DNA of 64,000 bases from Pirellulales bacterium (GTDB lineage Bacteria; Planctomycetota; Planctomycetia; Pirellulales; UBA1268), in contig JBILWX010000004.1 in the NCBI GenBank assembly GCA_044369655.1, positions 7,448-71,447 on the forward strand, in the 5' to 3' direction. A program made the translations under genes and the position numbers. The notes under the pieces are model-generated. The model worked only from the letters and a program-made list of their open reading frames with translations, made no database searches and had not been told where the DNA came from. Shown piece after piece: positions 39,457 through 46,481 of the stretch. Each line of letters starts with the position of its first letter. Position 1 is the first letter of the stretch.

Positions 39457-41654
39457 CGCACCGGTTTATGATGGCGGCCGTGTGCCTCGCGATCGTGCAT
39501 GCCGTCGCACGCTTCGCGGCCGCCACCGATGACGTGCCGTTCGAGGAGGAGGCTGCGATCCGCGCGGCAGTGGAGCGGGTGGCGCCGTCTGTGGTGCGCA
39601 TCGAAGCGGCTGGTGTCTCGGCGGCGGCGCTCGCCGCGTCTGCGGAGGCCAGTCCTGCCAGCGGTCCCTCGACCGGCCTCGTCGTGGAGAAGGGGGGGTG
39701 GGTGCTCGCCACTTCGTTTGCCGTGCCACTGGATGCCGATGAGGCAATCGTCGTGCTGCCGTCTCCGGGCGTGGCCGACAAGGCAGTCGATTCCGCTCCC
39801 GATGATCCCGCCCTGAACGCTGCCGCAGGGCCGGATCGGGGGGCCGAAACCGGGCGGGCGCCAGGTGGCCGGCGGCGGGTGGCACGCGTGGTGGGCCGCG
39901 ATCTGGCCAGGTCGCTCGTGCTGTTGCGGATCGACGAGCCCGGCCTGCCGGCGGTGGCCGAATGGGCTCCGCGGGCGGAACTGGCGGTCGGCCAGTGGAC
40001 GATTGCCGTGGGCCGTGCCTGGCACCCCGACATTCCCAGCGTTGCCGTCGGCATCCTCTCGGCCACGAACCGTTCATGGGGCCGTTCCGTGCAGACCGAT
40101 GCCTCGATTTCGCCGGCGAACTACGGCGGACCGCTCATCGACATCAAGGGCCGTGTGATCGGCATCCTGGCGCCGTTGCCGGCGGACACAGCCGGGATGA
40201 ACCTGGGCACGGAACTCTACGACTCGGGCATCGGCTTTGCGGTGCCCCTGGAAGACATGCTCAGCGTGCTGCCGCGGCTCAAGAACGGAGAGACGCTGGC
40301 TCCCGGCGTGCTCGGCATCGGGTACCGGTCGCGTGATCCGTTCACGGGGGAGGCGCGGATAGCGACCTGCCGGCCAGGCTCCCCGGCGGCAAATGCCGGG
40401 CTGCGGCCGGGCGACCTGATCGTCGCCGCCGATGGCCGGCCGGTGACGCGGATCGCGGAACTCCGACATGTTCTCGCTCCGCACTATGCCGGCGACACCG
40501 TGAGCCTGACCATCGAACGCGGGGCCGGCTCGGCCGAACAGACTGCCGACGCGCCGGCCATCGAGGACCAACGGGAACGGCCGGCCCCCCCGGCCCGCAT
40601 CGAGGTGCGCGTCGAACTCGCCAGGTCGCTGCCACCATGGCGCAAGCCGATGCTGGGCATCGTGCCGGCACGTTCGGCTGGCCGGGATGCGCAACCGGCC
40701 GCCGTGCAGGTGGCATGGGTCTGGGCCGGGAGTCCGGCCGCGAAGGCCGGCATCGTGGCCGGTGACACGATCACTGCGGTTGTGCCGCCGGTGCCTGCCG
40801 GAGAGACGACCAACGAGGCCGACGCCGTGCCCGTCGAATCAGCCGCCGCACTCGCCGGCATCGTCGCCGGCACGGAGGTGGGCGGGCGGTTGGGACTCGT
40901 CGTTTCCCGCGCCGGCGCGAGGCAGACCATTTCGGTCGAGGCTGCCCCGATGCCGGTCGAACTGCCGGCGAATCTGGCGGACCAGCTCCCCGTCATCACC
41001 GGGAAGCAAGCCGCGCCCATGCCCGCGGGCGACGCCGCGACGGTCGAACGCCTGGAAGCCGCGGAAGTGGCCAAGCCGCCGCTGGCCGTGCTTCCGGTCT
41101 TGCCGCCCCGGGAACCGCTGGCAGTGATCATCTACCTCGACGTGCCGCGGGGCACGGTCGAAGAGGGGCAGGCCGCAGTCTGGAAGGCCGCTGCGGCCCG
41201 ACATGGCGTGGCGGTGATCCTGCCCGGCTCGTCCGATCCGCAGCGGTGGGGACGCGAGGATATTGCCGGCATCAAGCGGGCGGTGGCCACACTCGCCGCC
41301 AAGCGAACCATCGATCCAACGCGAATCGCCGTTGCCGGCCGCGGGGCAGGGGGGGCATTTGCGTGGTTGGTGGCCGAAGCGCTCGGTCCCGCCGTGCGGG
41401 GCGTGGCCCTCATCGACGCCACGCTCCCCCGGCAGGCTGCGATCGAGCCCGCCGAGCCCGGCCGATCGCGCTGGGTGTTGCTCGGGAGTGGGGCTGACGC
41501 CGCCGGAGTGGTGCAGTTGTCGCCCCGCGTGGAGGCCGACCGCCGCCGACTGGAGGAGGCCGGCTACCCGACGGCCACGCTGGCGGTAGAGCAGGGGGGC
41601 GGCGTGCCGGCAGCCCTGCTGGCCGCGTGGGTCGAGGCGTTGGGGCTGCTGTGA
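39453..41654 (+). CDS. HtrA-like pseudoprotease with two PDZ domains and a C-terminal esterase-like domain lacking the nucleophile
   Basis: LATSFAV replaces the His box, RSLVLLRI the Asp box, and SPANYGGPLID the Ser box (TAC Tyr at 40122-40124). PDZ-like segments are CRPGSPAANAGLRPGDLIVAADG and VWAGSPAAKAGIVAGDTITAV. The C-terminal IAVAGRGAGGAFAW occupies the place of a G-x-S-x-G elbow. Confidence 0.75.
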   Translation: MTHRFMMAAVCLAIVHAVARFAAATDDVPFEEEAAIRAAVERVAPSVVRIEAAGVSAAALAASAEASPASGPSTGLVVEKGGWVLATSFAVPLDADEAIVVLPSPGVADKAVDSAPDDPALNAAAGPDRGAETGRAPGGRRRVARVVGRDLARSLVLLRIDEPGLPAVAEWAPRAELAVGQWTIAVGRAWHPDIPSVAVGILSATNRSWGRSVQTDASISPANYGGPLIDIKGRVIGILAPLPADTAGMNLGTELYDSGIGFAVPLEDMLSVLPRLKNGETLAPGVLGIGYRSRDPFTGEARIATCRPGSPAANAGLRPGDLIVAADGRPVTRIAELRHVLAPHYAGDTVSLTIERGAGSAEQTADAPAIEDQRERPAPPARIEVRVELARSLPPWRKPMLGIVPARSAGRDAQPAAVQVAWVWAGSPAAKAGIVAGDTITAVVPPVPAGETTNEADAVPVESAAALAGIVAGTEVGGRLGLVVSRAGARQTISVEAAPMPVELPANLADQLPVITGKQAAPMPAGDAATVERLEAAEVAKPPLAVLPVLPPREPLAVIIYLDVPRGTVEEGQAAVWKAAAARHGVAVILPGSSDPQRWGREDIAGIKRAVATLAAKRTIDPTRIAVAGRGAGGAFAWLVAEALGPAVRGVALIDATLPRQAAIEPAEPGRSRWVLLGSGADAAGVVQLSPRVEADRRRLEEAGYPTATLAVEQGGGVPAALLAAWVEALGLL

Positions 41655-42409
41655 CACCGCCGCCATGGAGTCCAGGCGATCCGGCAGATCCCTGGCCAGT
41701 GGCGCATGGGGCGGATGACGAGTCTGCGGGAGCGCCGGCGGGCGACGGTCGCATCCGCATCGTGTACGCCGATGCCGATCTGGTCGTGGTGGACAAGCCT
41801 GCGGGAATGCCGAGCGTGCCGGCGCGAACGCCACTCGATCCACCCTGTGTCGCGGCGCACCTGCGTGCTGCATTCGGAGCCATCGAGGCGGTGCATCGGC
41901 TCGACCGCGACACGTCGGGCCTGCTCGTGCTCGCGCGGACGAGCCCGGCCCGGGCCGCGTTGGGCCGGGCGTTCGAGGCCCGGGCGGTGCGGAAACGATA
42001 CCAGGCGATCGTGCACGGCGGTCCGGACCGTGATGAGGGAATCGTGCACCTGCCGCTGGCGTCGGACCCGCTGCGGCCGCCTCGATCTCGCGTCGATCCG
42101 ATCCTGGGGCGGCCCGCCACGACACGCTGGCGGCTGCTCCGTGCCTCTTCCGGCGACGATGGAGGGTGGTCGCTGTTGGAACTGGAGCCGGTGACGGGCC
42201 GATCCCATCAACTCCGCGTGCATCTGGCCTGGCTCGGCATGCCGATCATGGGCGACCGGCTCTACGGGCCGGTGCACGCCGGGCAGGGGCCGCCGCCCGT
42301 TCGGCTCGGGCTCCATGCCACGTGGCTTGCGTTTCCTCATCCCGTCGACGGTCGATCGATCGAGGTGCGATCCCAGCCGCCCCGATGGTTCGCAGAGCAG
42401 GAACGCTGA
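41627..42409 (+). CDS. RluA-family pseudouridine synthase
   Basis: VVVDKPAGMPSVP, HRLDRDTSGLLVLART, YQAIVHG and HQLRVHLAWLGMPIMGDRLYG. Start is uncertain: GTG at 41627, or GTG at 41651 overlapping the upstream stop. Confidence 0.85.
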   Translation: MGRGVGAAVTPPPWSPGDPADPWPVAHGADDESAGAPAGDGRIRIVYADADLVVVDKPAGMPSVPARTPLDPPCVAAHLRAAFGAIEAVHRLDRDTSGLLVLARTSPARAALGRAFEARAVRKRYQAIVHGGPDRDEGIVHLPLASDPLRPPRSRVDPILGRPATTRWRLLRASSGDDGGWSLLELEPVTGRSHQLRVHLAWLGMPIMGDRLYGPVHAGQGPPPVRLGLHATWLAFPHPVDGRSIEVRSQPPRWFAEQER

Positions 42410-42415
42410 CTCCTC

Positions 42416-43753
42416 TCAGGCCGCAGGAGTCGGCTTCATCGCCGAGGGGCCTGCCTGCTGCCAATACCGGGAGAATCTGCCGAGATCCCTCACTCCCGAG
42501 CGATCGCAGAACCGCGGCCATGGCAGGAACGTTACCGGCAGCGGTGGTGCCGTGCCGGTATCAGTCGCCTGCACGGCGATGGCGGCGCGGCGTATGCGTG
42601 GGCAGGGCGTCTCGGCGAGCACGAGCCCATCGCAGCCGTGGGCCCGGGCCCGGGCCGGCAGGATTTCGAGAGGGTCGCCCAGCAGCACCTCGATCCCCGG
42701 CACGTCGGCCAGACAGTCGACGAGAAAGAGCAGCCGGTTCAGTGCGGGCCGTTCGTCTGCAATCCACTCCGGGTCGATGACAAAGAGCCTCGGCGCCTGG
42801 GGATAGGCCAGCACCGCCGGGCTCGTGGCGGCGGCCGAGTCGAGCGTGAGCCACACGAGTGGCCGGCTGAGCGCAGCGGCACGACCAGCACCGACGGCGG
42901 TGGGCTGCGGCCTGATCCGCAACGGCTCCCGTGGCGGCGGTTCGTCCGCGGCAAAACAGCGGGCCGCGAGTGCTTCATAGGAATCATCGAGAGGGCAGTT
43001 GCCACGCAGCCCACACGGCAGGCAGTGCAAGCCGTTGGTGAACGTTTCCAGATTTTCGCGGTTGAAGAGATACGGCTTGGCCGAGAAGGTGCCGGCCACC
43101 CACTGCCACGAGAGGTGGTTGCTGGCTGGATCTCCATCGAGCAGGTGGGAGAGAAACCAGTCGGCCCCCGCCTGCCACCGCACGCCGCGGACGTGCACCA
43201 GCCAGGACGCGAGCCACATCCGCTCGTGGTTGTGCAGCCAGCCGGTGCGGTGGAGTTTCTGCACGAACGCATCGATGCACGCCAGGCCGGTCTGTGCCGC
43301 GAGCACGTCCCGCGGCACGTGTTCGAGCCGAGGGGCACGGGGCGCTCGAGCGGGAGGTTCGAGCGGCTCGCGAATCCGGCTGCCCACGGCGGCGTATACC
43401 TGCTGCCAGTAGTCGCGCCAGCCGAGTTCCGAAATCAGTTTGGCGGCATCCTCGGGCCGTTCCACCCGTGCCAGGGCGGCGTCTCGGACCTCCGCCAGCG
43501 ACAGCACGCCGTGCCGAAGCCAGGGGGAGAGCTGCGTGACGGCTCCGTCCACATGGTTTCTCGTGCGTGCATAGGCTGCCGGATCGATCGCCGCCAGCCG
43601 CTCGAGGGCCGCGGCGCGACCGCCTGCCGCCCAGAGCGTCGCGGAGGCGTCGGTGCCGGTGCCGACCGTGACGCCACAGTCCGGAACGTCGCGGGCCAGG
43701 GCCGCCGCACGGTGTGACCGCGGCAGGCCAAGAATGCCGGTGAGATCGAGCAT
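42416..43753 (-). CDS. photolyase/cryptochrome-family FAD-binding domain protein with atypical domain order
   Basis: TQLSPWLRHGVLS, LGWRDYWQ, TGWLHNHERMWLASWLV and DGDPASNHLSWQWVAGTFS all start within about 45 aa of the N-terminus. A Cys cluster HCLPCGLRGNC follows. The ATG at 43753 has SD AAGGAG. Confidence 0.8.
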   Translation of the reverse strand: MLDLTGILGLPRSHRAAALARDVPDCGVTVGTGTDASATLWAAGGRAAALERLAAIDPAAYARTRNHVDGAVTQLSPWLRHGVLSLAEVRDAALARVERPEDAAKLISELGWRDYWQQVYAAVGSRIREPLEPPARAPRAPRLEHVPRDVLAAQTGLACIDAFVQKLHRTGWLHNHERMWLASWLVHVRGVRWQAGADWFLSHLLDGDPASNHLSWQWVAGTFSAKPYLFNRENLETFTNGLHCLPCGLRGNCPLDDSYEALAARCFAADEPPPREPLRIRPQPTAVGAGRAAALSRPLVWLTLDSAAATSPAVLAYPQAPRLFVIDPEWIADERPALNRLLFLVDCLADVPGIEVLLGDPLEILPARARAHGCDGLVLAETPCPRIRRAAIAVQATDTGTAPPLPVTFLPWPRFCDRSGVRDLGRFSRYWQQAGPSAMKPTPAA

Positions 43754-44084
43754 GGATCGACTCCTTTGGGGCGGGGGGAAAATCGTTCCCGCCGGCATCC
43801 ATTCTCCCGGACCGGCGGGAAAGCAAAAACTACACGCCGACCAGAACGCATCACCGCCTGGCCACGCTCTGGTTGTCGCAGCGATTTGCCGCTGCGCGTT
43901 TCGTGTGCAGGCAGCTGCGCGAAAACGGTGCGGCCAGCGCCGATTTCCCGGCTGCGGGTCTGCGGAGGAAAAAAATCTGATCGTAGAAAGTGTCCGTGTG
44001 ACGTCAAAAAAGCATTGAAAAAACAGTCTTTTCGTGTTTCGCCGGGGCGTGGTGTCGGCTGTGCAGGAATGAGCAGCCGGTCTT

Positions 44085-44100
44085 TGGCACGCCAGTTGCA
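44085..44100 (+). promoter_or_regulatory. sigma-54 (-24/-12) promoter upstream of amt-glnK
   Basis: TGGCACGCCAGTTGCA matches the consensus TGGCACG-N4-TTGCW exactly. It lies about 105 nt upstream of the amt start candidate at 44208, with an A/T-rich tract (about 43960-44040) upstream. Confidence 0.7.
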
Positions 44101-44207
44101 ACGCTAGCAGATCGTCATTGAAACGGTGCTCAGGGTGTGGCCTGGCGCCCGGCGAGGTGCGCGCTGCGGAGGCGCCCCTCGGCGGATTTCGTTCCTTCTG
44201 GAGTCGC

Positions 44208-45830
44208 ATGATGCGGTCTGTTCTTTCCTCCCAGTTCAGGGAGTTCGTGGCTGGTTGTCGTTGGCTGGCCGGCGGGTGGGGGCTTCAGTGCTCCGGTGTG
44301 CCGGTTCGATCACGGTCGGCAGGGCGGAGTTTCGTAACGGCGATGGCAGGGCTTGCCATCGTGATGTCGCTGGTGGCTCTGATGCCCCAGGTAGCATTGA
44401 CCGCTGAGGAAGCGGTCGCCGAACCGGCTGTCGCCGCGGCAGCCGATGCAGCGGCACCGGCCATGTCGACGGCCGACATGGTCAAGAACCTGTGGCTCGC
44501 CGCCGACACCGTCTGGGTGCTGGTGTGCGGCATGCTCGTGTTCTTCATGAATCTTGGATTCGGATGCGTCGAGTCCGGGTTCGCCAGAGCGAAGAACTGC
44601 GTCAACATCCTGTCCAAAAACTTCGTGGTGTTCGCGGCCACTGCGATCGGTTTCTGGCTGATCGGCTGGGATCTGATGTTTGGCAACGATGCCGGGGGGT
44701 GGATCGGTAACTCCGGCGCATTCATGGTCGGCGCGGCCGACAACAGTCCGGCCATCGGCGACCAGTATCAGGGCAGCTACGGTCCGATCAGTTGGACCAG
44801 CGTTCCGCTCTGGGCAAAGTTCTTCTTTCAGCTCGTCTTCGCCGGGACGGCCGCGACGATCGTATCGGGAGCGGTCGCCGAGCGGATCAAGTACCACTCT
44901 TTCATCATCTTCAGCTTTCTGATGGCGCTGGTGATCTACCCGGTCACCGGCCACTGGGTCTGGGGCGGCGGATTCCTCGGCCAGAAGGGATTCTGGGACT
45001 TCGCGGGCTGCACTGCCGTTCATTCGGTCGGCGGGTGGGCTGCCCTCACCGGCGCGCTCATTCTCGGCCCTCGGATCGGCAAGTATGCATCCGATGGCCG
45101 CGTCCAGGCGATCCCCGGCCACAACATGACAGCCGCCTTTATCGGCTGTCTCGTGCTGTGGTTTGGCTGGTTCGGCTTCAACCCGGGCAGCACGATGGGC
45201 GTGGCCGGCGACGGTGGTGCCTTGGCCGCTCAGGTGGCCGTGAACACCAACTCCGCCGCGGCGGCCGCGACCCTGACCGCCACGCTCGTCGCTTGGCTGC
45301 TGCTCGGCAAGCCTGATATCGGCATGACGCTCAACGGCTGCCTCGCGGGCCTCGTGGGCATCACGGCGAGTGCGGCGTACGTGACCGTGCCGGCCTCGCT
45401 CCTCATCGGAGCGATTGCGGGCGTGCTCGTGGTGTTCTCGGTCTTGTTCTTCGACAAGATTCGCGTCGACGATCCGGTCGGGGCGACCAGTGTGCACCTC
45501 GTCTGCGGCATCTTCGGCACGCTCTGCGTGGGCCTCTTCACGGCGACGGACCTCTCCGCCTCGAAGGCGATCGGGCCCTTCGGCGTCGCGGCGGTCGGCG
45601 GTCCGAAGGCCGGTCTGTTCTACGGCGGTGGCTTCGAGCAGCTGTGGATCCAGCTGCTCGGTGTGCTCGCCGTCGGTGCCTACGTGGTACCCGTGTCGGC
45701 GATCGCATGGCTCATCATCAAGGCGGTGGTCGGCCTCCGGGTCTCGCCGCAGGAGGAGATCGAGGGCCTCGACATCGGCGAGCATGGCAACGAGGCCTAC
45801 CACGGCTTCGTGATGGTTCGCAGCGAGTAA
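44208..45830 (+). CDS. amt: ammonium transporter (Amt family)
   Basis: DTVWVLVCGMLVFFMNLGFGCVESGF, AGTAATIVSGAVAERIK, FAGCTAVHSVGGWAALTGALILGPRIGKY and DDPVGATSVHLVCGIFGTL. Start is uncertain: 44208 has a GGAG SD. Alternative 44343 gives a signal-peptide-like N-terminus. Confidence 0.9.
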   Translation: MMRSVLSSQFREFVAGCRWLAGGWGLQCSGVPVRSRSAGRSFVTAMAGLAIVMSLVALMPQVALTAEEAVAEPAVAAAADAAAPAMSTADMVKNLWLAADTVWVLVCGMLVFFMNLGFGCVESGFARAKNCVNILSKNFVVFAATAIGFWLIGWDLMFGNDAGGWIGNSGAFMVGAADNSPAIGDQYQGSYGPISWTSVPLWAKFFFQLVFAGTAATIVSGAVAERIKYHSFIIFSFLMALVIYPVTGHWVWGGGFLGQKGFWDFAGCTAVHSVGGWAALTGALILGPRIGKYASDGRVQAIPGHNMTAAFIGCLVLWFGWFGFNPGSTMGVAGDGGALAAQVAVNTNSAAAAATLTATLVAWLLLGKPDIGMTLNGCLAGLVGITASAAYVTVPASLLIGAIAGVLVVFSVLFFDKIRVDDPVGATSVHLVCGIFGTLCVGLFTATDLSASKAIGPFGVAAVGGPKAGLFYGGGFEQLWIQLLGVLAVGAYVVPVSAIAWLIIKAVVGLRVSPQEEIEGLDIGEHGNEAYHGFVMVRSE

Positions 45831-45940
45831 CGTCCAGAAGGATGCCCCAACGGCTTGGGTGGGCACTCCGCCTAGCTCACCCAGGCCGGGGCATTCTGGC
45901 TTCACGCCCGCCGTGCCATCCATGGCCCGGCGGGCTTGGG

Positions 45941-45973
45941 CCGTCGAGGCAAAGGCGAAGGGTGCCTCGACGG
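45941..45973 (+). other. perfect 11-bp-stem hairpin in the amt-glnK spacer
   Basis: CCGTCGAGGCA-aaggcgaaggg-TGCCTCGACGG, with no U-tract after it. Confidence 0.5.
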
Positions 45974-46100
45974 CGGGCGGCCGGCATCCAGTCGGCCGAT
46001 GGGGAGGCGATCGCGTCTGGTATCGCGACTGTCGGACTCGAGCCTGTTCGATGTCCGCTCTTCGGATACCATGACGGTTCCCCAAGGCGGAGCGCATTTC

Positions 46101-46448
46101 ATGAAACTCATCATCGCGATCATCCAGCCGAATAAGCTGGAGAGCGTGAAGCAGGCACTGTCGGAGGTCGAGGTGTTTCGCCTGACCGTCCTCGACGTGC
46201 AAGGCTTCGGTCGGCAACGGGGCCATGCCGAAACCTACCGGGGCCATGAAATCGCGGTGAACTTGCTCCGCAAGGTCCAGTTGCAGATCGCCGTGAACGA
46301 CACCTTCGTGGAGCCCACCATCGCCGCGATCGTGAAGGGAGGCCGCTCGGGTGAACGCGGCGAAATCGGTGACGGCAAGATCTTCGTGTTGCCGATGGAC
46401 GAGTGCGTCCGGATCCGCACCGGAGAACGCGGCGGCGAGGCGATCTGA
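46101..46448 (+). CDS. glnK: P-II nitrogen regulatory protein
   Basis: MKLIIAIIQPNKLESVKQAL, T-loop GFGRQRGHAETYRGHE, and GDGKIFVLPMDECVRIRTGERG. It is adjacent to amt. An SD lies upstream of the ATG at 46101. Confidence 0.9.
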   Translation: MKLIIAIIQPNKLESVKQALSEVEVFRLTVLDVQGFGRQRGHAETYRGHEIAVNLLRKVQLQIAVNDTFVEPTIAAIVKGGRSGERGEIGDGKIFVLPMDECVRIRTGERGGEAI

Positions 46449-46481
46449 CCGCCCTCCGGGGCGACGCGGCGTTGGGCGCGA

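Noticed and set aside
45859-46074. A 71-aa ORF, or an N-terminal extension of glnK from 45936, in the amt-glnK spacer.
   Set aside because: P-II proteins are about 112 aa and start with MKxIxAII. An SD precedes the ATG at 46101. The spacer ORFs are Pro/Gly/Arg-rich.
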